DNA from: Paramoeba atlantica
Taxonomy: Eukaryota; Protista; Discosea
Assembly: GCA_977017575.1 (NCBI GenBank)
Contig: CDRNVI010000053.1
Location: 868,001 to 932,000, forward strand
DNA length: 64,000 bases
Reading direction: 5' to 3'
Below the pieces are notes generated by a model. The model made no database searches, was not told the origin of the DNA, and worked only from the letters and a program-made list of their open reading frames with translations. Each line of letters opens with the position of its first letter. The first letter of the stretch is position 1. Positions 1 through 10,090 of the stretch are shown here, one piece after another. The position numbers and the translations under genes are program-made.

Positions 1-2
1 TC

Positions 3-905
3 TTTCATCCCACATTCACACTCCCTTTGTCTTCAAGGTTTTATGTTTGCCCTTTCCGCTTTCGTTCATCTCAAAATTCGTCCATAAAAAGGGTTAAAAA
101 GGTTTTGAAACGAGGTTATGCTGTGTTTCTGCATCCAGATTTAGCTTCAGATCACACTTCTTTCCTTCAAAGTTTTGGGCTTTCACCTTCCGACTTGACA
201 ACCGTTCAAATATGCGGAAAAGATAAGTCGCATTTTGATACAGAATCGTGCATAATATTTTGTGTCGAGAGATACATCAGAGCCCAACGAATGCGAAAGG
301 TGTTCGAAGATCATAAAGTCGAAGAAAAAGATGGGAATTTCGCCTGTACCTCTAATAAAATTTTCACCCAAAAAGTTCCAGAAGTCAAAGCTCGCACGCT
401 AACGGACATCATTATTGCAAGTACCGAAAATAGTCTTGGAATTATTTGTGACAAAATGTCGACAAAATTTACCGCGCATTCATTAGCTTTAAAAGAATGC
501 GAAGAGAACTCTTGGAATCCCTCGATTTTCTTTCCCATCAGTGATAATAAAAATCTGGAACGTTGGTTCGAAATACGTAGATACGAAAATGGTATTGATG
601 ACGAGGATTCCGTAGCCTTTACTAGGTCGCGTATCTTAACCAAAATGGGGGATAACGTTGGTTCTTCCCGAACATTAAAGTCATCTCAATCATCCTGCTC
701 CACGGGTACACGCGAAAGTACGGATACAGCTTTTTCAGTGGATAGTCACGATTCGCGATCGTGCTGTTCTCCTCCATTGGTAGAAATACTACCGCTTCAG
801 TTTTGGATTGTTAGTCCCTCATACGTTGTCCAATATCCTTACGTGGCATGGAATCAGAAAGAGCACCGCGAACTAATGAATTCTCCTTACTTTGTCCGAC
901 TATGA
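3..905 (+). CDS. hypothetical protein, probably 5'-truncated by the window edge
   Basis: The frame is open from base 3 to TGA at 903-905 (the track calls it from TTG at 27). Same strand as all neighbours. No family motif recognised. Confidence 0.55.
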   Translation, partial: FHPTFTLPLSSRFYVCPFRFRSSQNSSIKRVKKVLKRGYAVFLHPDLASDHTSFLQSFGLSPSDLTTVQICGKDKSHFDTESCIIFCVERYIRAQRMRKVFEDHKVEEKDGNFACTSNKIFTQKVPEVKARTLTDIIIASTENSLGIICDKMSTKFTAHSLALKECEENSWNPSIFFPISDNKNLERWFEIRRYENGIDDEDSVAFTRSRILTKMGDNVGSSRTLKSSQSSCSTGTRESTDTAFSVDSHDSRSCCSPPLVEILPLQFWIVSPSYVVQYPYVAWNQKEHRELMNSPYFVRL

Positions 906-1195
906 CACTTTAAATTGGGAGACAGACGATATTTCTCCGTCTGCGCACCTGAAAAGGACGAGTTGAGCGCAGCTACACCTTTGTAACTTGTGGAACTTCG
1001 ATACGAAAAGTTAGTTTATACCCGCCTTTTCGCAAGACTAGTTTCACATTTAGACTCACTAGTCGGATTAGTACCTAAATTGTGAAATCTAAAATCATAG
1101 TTGAATTCTTCATGTTTCTGATTACAGGACTTTATCTATCTTTTTATCATTTCTTCCCTCATGTTTGATCATAACATTGGAGTCTGTGCTATCAT

Positions 1196-1724
1196 CGCGT
1201 GCCGTTTCGTGACAAAATTGAGCTTTACGAGGACAAGTCGAGGCCCTAGCTAGAATACCCTTTCTGGTCTGCAGGAGCGACACGGAACGTCCGCAGAGCA
1301 GATCCTGTACCCGTAGTTGTTAAACATGCCAGTGCCGCCTCGAACAAGCGGAAATTGGCAGAGGCAATCGGCCCTCGCATCCTCAACCGTCTCCGAGGGG
1401 CCTGACGTGTCATCCTTCAAATTACAACTTCTCGAAGGAGGCGCAATCTTCTGGCGGAGCCAGCGGCTAACCCGGACAACCCTGTAGCTTTCACATTCAC
1501 CCGATCATCAAGCCTTCTGGGTGACAACCTGGGTGGCGGATCAAGACGGTCGTGGGAGAGATTTTCTTCCATGAAATATAGCGAAAAATGACCCTTCCTG
1601 GACACACCCTATTATAGGCTATAGAGTCTGGGCCTCCGATTTCTGAATTTTTAAGATCAATTTTTGACCACTACGGCGACCTGAAAAAGCAGGATAATGT
1701 GGCTACGCGTGACGTTTCGTGACA
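1196..1724 (+). mobile_element. ~490-bp insertion bounded by 19-bp direct repeats; degenerate retroelement-derived segment
   Basis: CGCGTGCCGTTTCGTGACA (1196-1214) and CGCGTGACGTTTCGTGACA (1706-1724) differ at 1 position. The interior (~1305-1500) is homologous to 43195-43345, 51515-51720 and 58320-58450. Confidence 0.55.
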
Positions 1725-1925
1725 GCCAAGAGTTGCACAGACTCAATTAAAAGTATACGCAAAAAAATTGCGCAATTTGGGTATTTTTTGCTTGCTTCTA
1801 TTTATTGATTTCAAAGTACTATTTTTTTTATAAAGGTAGAACTGTTTTTATGGTGCATCATCGTTCTGCATAGAAAGTACTATACATTATACATACCGTA
1901 TGCTGATGCATTTTGAAGATCTATT

Positions 1926-2966
1926 ATGAATTCCGAAATCAATAACGCCTTGACTTACTCCGTTCCGAACGACATTCTAGATCTGGCCTCTCATTTGTAC
2001 TCGATTGTTCAGCGTTCGAACAAACGTATGGGGAAAGGGTTTCGTATTCTTCACTCCCCCAAAACAGAACAAATATGTATCGCGCTCGCCGCTCGTAGAG
2101 TACAATCCAGTGATTACGGTCTCTCTAGCGCAATTTCAATGATACCATATTATGGTTACCTTGCACAGCAACAGGAAAAAGAGCATTTGCCCATAGGTTC
2201 GAGTACTATTGCTCAATTTCGACGCAGCAAAGGTGATGTACTCTCGCGGACGAAACGTGTAGAAAAATGTAGCCCACTTACTGAATTCATCGCTGGACTT
2301 ATCGCGTCTGAAGCCGGCAATTATCCATGTGTAGTGCACGCATTAGTGCATATGGCGTCTCAAATTGGTTACTCTCCAGATGATGCAATCGGGAAAGCTA
2401 TTCAAATACCTCGAAACATCTCGAAGTCTTTGTTACAGACTAATAATACGGAGCATTCCTATTCTAAACTTCTTTTTTATGTGCTTGAAAGTACTTCCTT
2501 GGAAATCAAGCGTGCAGCCCCTAAGTTATGGCTAGATGCTTCTAGACTAACGGGCGATGTTGCGCGAACACGGGCATCAAAAAAATATACAACTTTTCCG
2601 CACAAAGAAATTTTGGAACCTTCTTCACAGTCTTCAACGGTAAGTCCGACGAAACATTTCGTCCCTGGTTTAAATCAATTTACCGCTTCCACTTCAATTC
2701 CAAGTTTCCGAAAAGAAGATTTTCTCGATAAATACACAACTCTGGAGTACGGTGATGATTCTGTCGGTACTGGTGTAAAGTGTACTCCTCAAAAATGTTC
2801 AAGCAGCAATTGGGAAAACAACAGTCCGTATAAAGATTTCAACGACTCTCCTTCGCCTGTGAGAAAACAAACTTTTGATACTGTTCCTCGTGCTCTATAC
2901 AATGATATTGAATTGTCCTCTATTCCATGGTTTTCGAATACTTTCAAATCATTTTCAAAAGCATAA
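1926..2966 (+). CDS. hypothetical protein (346 aa; helical N-terminal half, S/T-rich tail)
   Basis: Long ATG-initiated ORF in the gene array. No confident motif. Confidence 0.7.
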   Translation: MNSEINNALTYSVPNDILDLASHLYSIVQRSNKRMGKGFRILHSPKTEQICIALAARRVQSSDYGLSSAISMIPYYGYLAQQQEKEHLPIGSSTIAQFRRSKGDVLSRTKRVEKCSPLTEFIAGLIASEAGNYPCVVHALVHMASQIGYSPDDAIGKAIQIPRNISKSLLQTNNTEHSYSKLLFYVLESTSLEIKRAAPKLWLDASRLTGDVARTRASKKYTTFPHKEILEPSSQSSTVSPTKHFVPGLNQFTASTSIPSFRKEDFLDKYTTLEYGDDSVGTGVKCTPQKCSSSNWENNSPYKDFNDSPSPVRKQTFDTVPRALYNDIELSSIPWFSNTFKSFSKA

Positions 2967-3096
2967 CGCGACATGTATTTAACGAGGTGTGTTTTTAGTT
3001 TTGACTTAGGTTTTATGATGCATGTCATTTTGCTAATTTTTATAAAACTTTAGAGCTAATGTTTTAGATGCCTCTATAGAAAATACATACTAGACT

Positions 3097-3819
3097 ATGG
3101 GATTAAATTATGAACTGCAATGTTCTGAGCTTGAGTCTCTTCTTTCGATTTTTCCTGAAGAAATTCTGATTCTTAGTGAAACTAAAGAAGTTGTCGCTGA
3201 GTGGGAATCTGATCTTACTGACAAGTTAAATATTGAGGATGCCCGAGCATTATTGAGCTTGAACACCTCGAATGGTGTTCTACACATCGTTCCGCCGATT
3301 TGTTTTACCATTTCTCTTGCTGTCCATCAAATAAGTTTTGAGTTCCCTTCTGAATATCCGGAGAACGATGTAGTTAAGATATCTGTTCTTTCATTGTCGA
3401 AAACGACAACAAAAAAAGAATTCGAGCTTCAAAGTCGTTTACAAAGTCTATCGAACGATATGCTAGGCTCACCTGCGGTGCTCACGCTTTTGTCATGCTG
3501 TGATAATGTATCAGCCACGGAGGAGGAGGAGCCCTCTGAGAATTCCTTGGAAGAAAGTGAAATGTTGGATCATAAGGACGATCCTACTATTCGGGTAGGT
3601 ACTCCTTGTACATCAGCATTATTTTCCGACTGGAAAGTAAAGTTTGACAAGGAGATGGGATCGTCGTCTGTAGAGGAAAATGGTATCAATAAAAGACTTA
3701 CTGGTCGTGAGCTGTTTCAATCATCCTTGCGAAACACCGATTGGTCTTTATTTGACGGTGCAGAAGATTTTCCGGAATCCGATTTTGAAAGCGATGAAAT
3801 AGATGATACACAAGTATAA
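3097..3819 (+). CDS. RWDD1: RWD domain protein, RWDD1/Gir2 family (DRG GTPase partner)
   Basis: N-terminal Q.SELESLLSIFPEE, FPSEYPE (RWD YP motif), then the DFRP-C features GTPCTSALFSDWKVKFDKEM and KRLTGRELF, and an acidic tail. Confidence 0.85.
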   Translation: MGLNYELQCSELESLLSIFPEEILILSETKEVVAEWESDLTDKLNIEDARALLSLNTSNGVLHIVPPICFTISLAVHQISFEFPSEYPENDVVKISVLSLSKTTTKKEFELQSRLQSLSNDMLGSPAVLTLLSCCDNVSATEEEEPSENSLEESEMLDHKDDPTIRVGTPCTSALFSDWKVKFDKEMGSSSVEENGINKRLTGRELFQSSLRNTDWSLFDGAEDFPESDFESDEIDDTQV

Positions 3820-4095
3820 TTTTCATTCTTTTTTGCTGAACTTCGCGGATGTATTTGAATCACTGAGATATCGAATGAAATTTTACAATGAAATTTATAA
3901 TCGAATTATAGTTTAGCATTTATGCAAGAACCTTTGTCCGACTATTACAATCTTACCATAAGAGAACTTTTACAGTCAATGTGTCTTGGAACTTCTTATT
4001 GCACAAAAGGCCTAAGCATTCTGCAAATTCTTGTTAAGGTAATTCTGTAATATTCGAGATTTTATTCGTCGCGAAACGTGACTTTGGGATCTACT

Positions 4096-6792
4096 ATGGC
4101 GCATTTTAACACGCACAGCAGTGTTGAAAGGAATGGATCTTCGCTATTCAAGCCTGTGACAGGAACGACATCTAAGTCTACATTGCCTCTTATAGCTCCT
4201 CCTGAAAATATGAGTGGTATGTTAGAAGAATTGCTGAAGATTCGCCCCTCCGAAGTCATCATGCACGCACTTGAAAATGTTGAAAAGCTTACAAGCTACA
4301 AAAAATGGAAGTCAAGAATTCTGCTTTTGACCTCTAATAGTTTGGCGCTTTTTCGTCATCATTCGAGTCTGCTTACGAATCGCCTTGCTCTAACGAGGTT
4401 TATTCCCTATTCCTCTATAACTGAAATGCTTTTCGATCCAACTCGTGACATCATTCTACTTCGAATGTGTTCCGCATCTCATGAACCCGATCTGTGCTTC
4501 CGAAGTGTGGAACATGCATCACGTATTGTACAAATATTGGGGCGATGTATAGAAGACGAGTGCGGTCACATATTATTTCCTCGAAATGAAGACCTTACAG
4601 AGAAAACCATTTTACAGAACTTTCAGCTTTCAAAGCCGAATGATTACTCTCCACGATTGCACTCCATTCCTACGTATGGAAGAGTTGGAACTTCATGTGT
4701 TCGAGCGCGCACCGTCTCTTCGTCGAAAATTGATTCTCACTTTCTCTTACTGCATGGTTTTTCTAAGGTTGTTGATCATATATCGCGTCTTTGCAGTCTC
4801 TTTTCGCACGCCAGAAGCGAGCAAATTTTCACAGTGTCAGAAGAAGTGTGCGCTATTGAGATGCAACAAAGACTTGCCTCGGAACGAGAAGCAATGATCA
4901 TTCATATCAGGCCGTGGTATCCTAATCACTTCTCAGTTTCTAATATTTTGGACGATTTGTTACGAATATGTCAAATGGTCGAGGCTTCACCTTCATTGGA
5001 TTCGGTCAAGTCCACAGTTTACGAAAAACTCAATGTGGACCAGAAGATCCTACACCTTCCGGACAGTAGCAATCAACAGGTGAACAAAAATTATGTATGC
5101 TCTTCTCTTGCTTCAATTGAAAGTGATTCTGGAATCCTCTTTCTCCGCCATCTACTCAACAAATTGTATGATATACGAAGATATCTTAGCAGACAACAAA
5201 ATCATGTTGTGGACAAAACCTTGGAGCCATTCTTTCCGCACGAATGGAAATTGGAAAAATACTCGAACGCTTATCATTCTGACTCCTTTCGGCTCATTCA
5301 AGACCAAATCACTACCGAAGTTAATGATGTGATCTACCGTATAACTGAAAGAGAGGTTGGTAAATACACTTCTGCAAGGACTTCTGCTCCCCATTTGTCG
5401 ACATTTTTTTATTATGCTTTTAGCGTTTTTCCAAGAGAAGTACAGAATTCTATTCCGGTTAACAAGAATCCTTTCATTCATGGACAACAGTATAGAGATC
5501 AGTCTCAATCTCGATGGATATCTTCTGATCATGATCTTGCTTCAATTTCGCTCTCCGTTATCGTTACAGGTATCGATGCCTTATACCGCTTGACGCTCGA
5601 AAAATGTGACTATATGCTCGCGAGTGTTTCTCTACATGTCTCGCGTTCCGCAAGTTCACATTCATCGAATATCATGACGCATCCACTTCCAACACACCCT
5701 TTATCAGTTGCAGTAAAGGCACCCAGCTCCCACCCAACTTTGTGGAATATGCGTTGGGTTGCCCCTTCCCCTACCTCGGGTCCTACATCGCCTCTTCTGG
5801 CCTCAAAGATAGGACATGTTTTCCCTCCATGCAGCACTATGAGCACTCCGAGTAGACAGCTAACGTCCCGTGCATCGGCCCAAAGTTTAGACACATGCTC
5901 TACCGTAGAACTCGACACCACCACCATCCGTACTTCCTTATTTTCAGAATCCGTGCGACGAGGTCTCATGCGCTGGGTCTCAGAAGAAGACAAATCTGTT
6001 TCAGGAATTCCGTGGAACAACGAAGAAACAACATTGCAAATTTCTAAAAGGGACTACGGAAATCAGACTGTCAATAACAAGGTCAGTAAATCTTCTACGG
6101 ATTCATTTTCTTTAGAAACCGCATCCAAAATTGCCCAGTATTTCTTATCCACTCAGGATGCGCTGCACGCTGCCTTTGCTGAACATGAGTCACTGTTTGA
6201 GACGCAGAAATATTACGTGGAGCGAAAAATTAAGGCACATTTACAGGCAAGAGAACAATATCTTCGTGAACTTGAGTCTCGTAATGCATCTTTTCTGAAA
6301 AATCTGCGTAAATACGAAGCAAGTTCCCAAGTTCTATCCGTTGTCCCGAGTTTTGTCACCCACTCTAAAATTCCTGAAAGGTCACGAGTGACAGATGCCA
6401 AAGCGTTTACGCATATCCTAAATAGCGGCTTAATTCATTTCAATATGGCAGCCTTGTACACAGAAGCGAGGGATACAAAAACAAATCTTTATATAGCTTC
6501 TTTGAATTCTTTTGATCGGATTGTCTTGCATGAACTGGAGCAGTTGAAAGCGAATCAAAGCATACAAGAAAAAAGTGCCTTGGAGAATTTCCGCAATCTT
6601 CAACGACAAACACGAAGCAGAGAAGGTGCAGAAGTTCGTGAACGTCAAACAGCACTACACTTTGCAAACGTTTGCCGTATTTTGCAACACAACTACTCCT
6701 TCATGGAGGAACGCGATTCATTTCTCGTCGATCACTACGAATCTTGCATGGCACTCTATCACCTTTCTATAAAACGCATTCTGGATATCTGA
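4096..6792 (+). CDS. large hypothetical protein with possible N-terminal PH/myosin-TH1-like domain and C-terminal coiled coil
   Basis: ~900-aa ORF (first ATG 4096). VEKLTSYKKWKSRILLLTSNSLALF resembles a PH/TH1 beta-strand pattern. The domain call is weak. Confidence 0.75.
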   Translation: MAHFNTHSSVERNGSSLFKPVTGTTSKSTLPLIAPPENMSGMLEELLKIRPSEVIMHALENVEKLTSYKKWKSRILLLTSNSLALFRHHSSLLTNRLALTRFIPYSSITEMLFDPTRDIILLRMCSASHEPDLCFRSVEHASRIVQILGRCIEDECGHILFPRNEDLTEKTILQNFQLSKPNDYSPRLHSIPTYGRVGTSCVRARTVSSSKIDSHFLLLHGFSKVVDHISRLCSLFSHARSEQIFTVSEEVCAIEMQQRLASEREAMIIHIRPWYPNHFSVSNILDDLLRICQMVEASPSLDSVKSTVYEKLNVDQKILHLPDSSNQQVNKNYVCSSLASIESDSGILFLRHLLNKLYDIRRYLSRQQNHVVDKTLEPFFPHEWKLEKYSNAYHSDSFRLIQDQITTEVNDVIYRITEREVGKYTSARTSAPHLSTFFYYAFSVFPREVQNSIPVNKNPFIHGQQYRDQSQSRWISSDHDLASISLSVIVTGIDALYRLTLEKCDYMLASVSLHVSRSASSHSSNIMTHPLPTHPLSVAVKAPSSHPTLWNMRWVAPSPTSGPTSPLLASKIGHVFPPCSTMSTPSRQLTSRASAQSLDTCSTVELDTTTIRTSLFSESVRRGLMRWVSEEDKSVSGIPWNNEETTLQISKRDYGNQTVNNKVSKSSTDSFSLETASKIAQYFLSTQDALHAAFAEHESLFETQKYYVERKIKAHLQAREQYLRELESRNASFLKNLRKYEASSQVLSVVPSFVTHSKIPERSRVTDAKAFTHILNSGLIHFNMAALYTEARDTKTNLYIASLNSFDRIVLHELEQLKANQSIQEKSALENFRNLQRQTRSREGAEVRERQTALHFANVCRILQHNYSFMEERDSFLVDHYESCMALYHLSIKRILDI

Positions 6793-6966
6793 CTTTTCGC
6801 TGAATCTACAATGACGTAAATCTAATACTTTTCATGACCAAATATCATATCTTCTACCCTTTACGAAAATTTACGCGCTCCAATAAGGTCCTCACCAACC
6901 TGCTTTATCTCACTCTTCCCTACGTTTCTCTCCCTTTTCTTACCCTCTGCCCCCCCCCTCTCCTCC

Positions 6967-7908
6967 ATGTCCCGCTACCTCCACACCCTCCCCCACTTCA
7001 CCGCGTGCCCCAAACCCTGGAACGACTACCTCTCCCTTCTCACCAAACACGACACCCCCCCCTACCCCGCCTCCCCCCTCGAGGCCCCCATGTACCGCGG
7101 TCGCAAACGCGGCCCCGAGGGCTGGCTCGCCGGGGAGGCCATCCAGCTCCACTACCACCGTTTCCCCGACGAGCACCTCTTCTGTTCCCTGAACCGTTGG
7201 CGCCTCGGCGACCTCACCGGGGACCTTGCCCTGCAGCAATTCCGTAACGCCCAGCCCCACCCCTTACTCGACCACGACACCCACCACCTCTCCTCCCCCG
7301 ACGCCGAGGCCTTTCTCAAATTAAACTTCAAAAACCCCAAAGTCTTTGCGCGGTACCTCACCCGCGCCGGGACCCACTACCCCCGGGACACGCTCAAGAT
7401 CTCCCCCGAGGCCCACAAGCGGCTCTGCGCCGCGGTGGTCCAGGCCAAGACCCTCGGGCTGTTCCCGAAGCACGGCAACCCGTTCTGGCACCGCCTGCAG
7501 CGGGACAAGCCCCGGGCCTACTGCGCGGCCTACGAACCCGACCACGCGAGCACGCGGCAGACCATGGAGCAGTTCTGCTTCCACTGGCTGCAGACGCACC
7601 GCATTAAAGGGTACTTTGAGGGGAGGGAGGAGGCACGGAGGGCTCGGGGGATGACGAGTGTGCGACCGAGCCAGCGTATGATGGAGGGGGGGTATGAGGT
7701 GCGGACGAACTATGAGCGGCGGCAGGAGGGGAAGGTGCCACGGGGTCCGTTGACCGGGGTGGAGCATAGGGTGGTGGGGAGTACGAAGGAGACGAAGGTG
7801 CCGGGGTTGATGTCGGCGGCGGGGTTGAGGAGGAATCCGTTTCTGTGGGCGTCGGATCGGAAGAAGAGGATTGGGTTTAGGAATGTGTTTGAGTTTAAGT
7901 TGATTTAA
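6967..7908 (+). CDS. MRPS18: mitochondrial ribosomal protein bS18m, kinetoplastid-type extended form
   Basis: S18 core LNFKNPKVFARYLTRAGTHYPRDTLKISPEAHKRLCAAVVQAKTLGLFP embedded in a 313-aa protein, as in trypanosomatid bS18m. Confidence 0.85.
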   Translation: MSRYLHTLPHFTACPKPWNDYLSLLTKHDTPPYPASPLEAPMYRGRKRGPEGWLAGEAIQLHYHRFPDEHLFCSLNRWRLGDLTGDLALQQFRNAQPHPLLDHDTHHLSSPDAEAFLKLNFKNPKVFARYLTRAGTHYPRDTLKISPEAHKRLCAAVVQAKTLGLFPKHGNPFWHRLQRDKPRAYCAAYEPDHASTRQTMEQFCFHWLQTHRIKGYFEGREEARRARGMTSVRPSQRMMEGGYEVRTNYERRQEGKVPRGPLTGVEHRVVGSTKETKVPGLMSAAGLRRNPFLWASDRKKRIGFRNVFEFKLI

Positions 7909-8172
7909 GGAAAGGGGCGGTGGGGGATACGGAGGTGGTGGTGTGTTTCGTGGAGGTGATGTGTACTTTGTGGTTTCGTGGGTAGGTTTTTTTAAACGCA
8001 TGTTTATTCAACTGTAGTTATTCAACGGTAAGCGGACGTGAATATGCGGACCGTCATAAAGGACGACCATGTACATGCGTGCATGGTGCATCGAGTCATA
8101 AAAGGTGCCCGATTTAGCCGACTTCTTGTACATATTGAAACGAATTTCACTTTTGTTCCTTAATTAATTTTT

Positions 8173-9702
8173 ATGCCGGCTCGTTTTGAAAAACTGTCTC
8201 GCTTGGGTGAAGGAACTTATAGTATCGTGTATAAGTGCCGCGACCGCTCCAATGATAGCTGCGTTGTGGCTGTTAAAGTCATTCGACCTCAACTCTCTTC
8301 TGTTGAAGATCAGCTACACTGTCAAAAGCGTCGAGTATTGCGCCATCGCAGAGCCAGTTCCGTACCTTCGGGCTCAAGTAAAGAAGTCCCGGATTCTTTT
8401 GAGACGCTCACTAAAGATGTGTTACAATACGACGAAGGCCTCGCGTACTCTGACTCTGATCAAACTTCACTTTCAAGCTCTTATCTCTCTGATGACTGTG
8501 AAAGTGCGGCTTCTCCGGACGATTACGACTCTACATTCGTTGACCTTGTCTACGATCGTCTCCATGTGTCGAAGAGAGGAAAATTTGATCGTCCCTTACC
8601 TAGCATCCGACCGAAGACTCCTTCCTTTTCTCCCTGTCTTATTCCAAGCACAACCCTTCGTGAGTGTGCCATACTTCGCTCACTACCGCCTCATCCTAAT
8701 ATTGTAACGCTGTTCGAAATAATATCCTCAGACGTCGAATCCCCATGGACACGAGTGCTAACACCTGCAAAACCTCAACACAAGGAAGAGACGAACTCCA
8801 GACGACGTACTCAATCTGTGCGAGCTGAGTCTCGATCACGTCCGTCGTTGTCCAGTCCCATCTGTATGGTGTTTGAATATTTACCTTTTGACCTGCGCCG
8901 TGCGCTAAATACCCACCCGAATCATTTTTCGTTAAGTGTTTGTAAATCCCTATTTCACCAACTTTTATTTGCTACTCGGCATCTTCACCTCCATGGGATT
9001 TATCATCGCGATATTAAGCCGCATAATATTTTACTCAACGCAGATCTTACGGTATCGAAGCTGACAGATTTTAACCTGAGCCGTCTGGAGACGGGGTCTC
9101 GATGGGAAGATCGGCTTCGCGAGCCCTTTACAAATACTGTCGTTACTTTATGGTATCGTTGTCCAGAGGTCATCTTGGGTTCCACCGTCTATGAGGGAGG
9201 AGTCGATATGTGGTCACTTGGCTGTGTGCTGTATGACTTAACCCATCCGAAATCTCGACCCATTTTTGCAGCCCACACGGAGATTGAAATGTTATTTCGT
9301 ATTTTTCACCTTTTTGGCACGCCACAGTGTGGAGGTACAGGACTTACGTGTCGTGCTACACGTAAAAGTGGTTCTTTAGATGTGAAAAAGAGTCAAATTT
9401 CTTCAGACGCTGAAAATGAATTCAACTTTAACCAAAAAGGAACGTCAAAAAGGAACGTTCGCAATCACTTGCCTAATCAGCCTATTGACTCAGAATTCTT
9501 AAATCTTTGTCAGCTTTCTGGATTTTGTTCACATTTTCCAAAGTGGCCAGCACCAATTATTGATGAGGAGTGGTGGAGTAAAGTAGCTCCTAATTTGGAC
9601 TCAGGTGGGCGTGATTTATTTTTGCACCTCCTTCAACCGGAACCTCAGAATCGCATTTCTGTAGCTGCTGCTTGTTCTCACCCTTGGTTTTTTTGTTCCT
9701 AA
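8173..9702 (+). CDS. CDK-like (cdc2-related, CMGC) Ser/Thr kinase with large insertions
   Basis: LGEGTYSIVYKC, VAVKVI, PSTTLRE (PSTAIRE-like), HRDIKPHNILL, DFN in place of DFG, VVTLWYRCPE, DMWSLGC. Confidence 0.9.
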   Translation: MPARFEKLSRLGEGTYSIVYKCRDRSNDSCVVAVKVIRPQLSSVEDQLHCQKRRVLRHRRASSVPSGSSKEVPDSFETLTKDVLQYDEGLAYSDSDQTSLSSSYLSDDCESAASPDDYDSTFVDLVYDRLHVSKRGKFDRPLPSIRPKTPSFSPCLIPSTTLRECAILRSLPPHPNIVTLFEIISSDVESPWTRVLTPAKPQHKEETNSRRRTQSVRAESRSRPSLSSPICMVFEYLPFDLRRALNTHPNHFSLSVCKSLFHQLLFATRHLHLHGIYHRDIKPHNILLNADLTVSKLTDFNLSRLETGSRWEDRLREPFTNTVVTLWYRCPEVILGSTVYEGGVDMWSLGCVLYDLTHPKSRPIFAAHTEIEMLFRIFHLFGTPQCGGTGLTCRATRKSGSLDVKKSQISSDAENEFNFNQKGTSKRNVRNHLPNQPIDSEFLNLCQLSGFCSHFPKWPAPIIDEEWWSKVAPNLDSGGRDLFLHLLQPEPQNRISVAAACSHPWFFCS

Positions 9703-10090
9703 AGTTGTTCCTAAAGTTTCCTAAACTTCCTAAAGTTGTTTGCTTCATAGCAAAACTTTTAATGTGAGCATACATGTATATTTCTTCAACTTGCTTTGAT
9801 ATCACTTGCCAACATTGCTTTTTTTTGCTTTTTTGAACACATCATGTGTGTCGTCACAATAATCATTTTTCATTTTGATTTACGCCTTGCACTCAAACTG
9901 ATACTGAAAATTGTATGCCACTATATTATCACCTGTGTTTATTTTGCCACATGTACTACTGTCAACTGTCTACTGTGTTTTACGCCTTCGATAGTGCTTA
10001 CATGGCTTTTTACTAAACGAAGTTTTTTTGATAAAAGTTCTTATTTCAATTCTCAAATACATGTAGGGTTGCATTCAGTAATCTAAAACT

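Noticed and set aside
7321-8001. Long antisense and alternative-frame ORFs over bS18m (also 28195-29181, 38156-38929, 38308-39033)
   Set aside because: Shadow ORFs caused by the extreme C/G skew, which removes stop codons. The products are Pro/Arg/Gly-rich with no motifs.
9692-9740. Short TTCCTAAAGTTG-type repeats at the kinase stop, and similar ones at 20710-20835
   Set aside because: Local slippage duplications with no evidence of wider structure.
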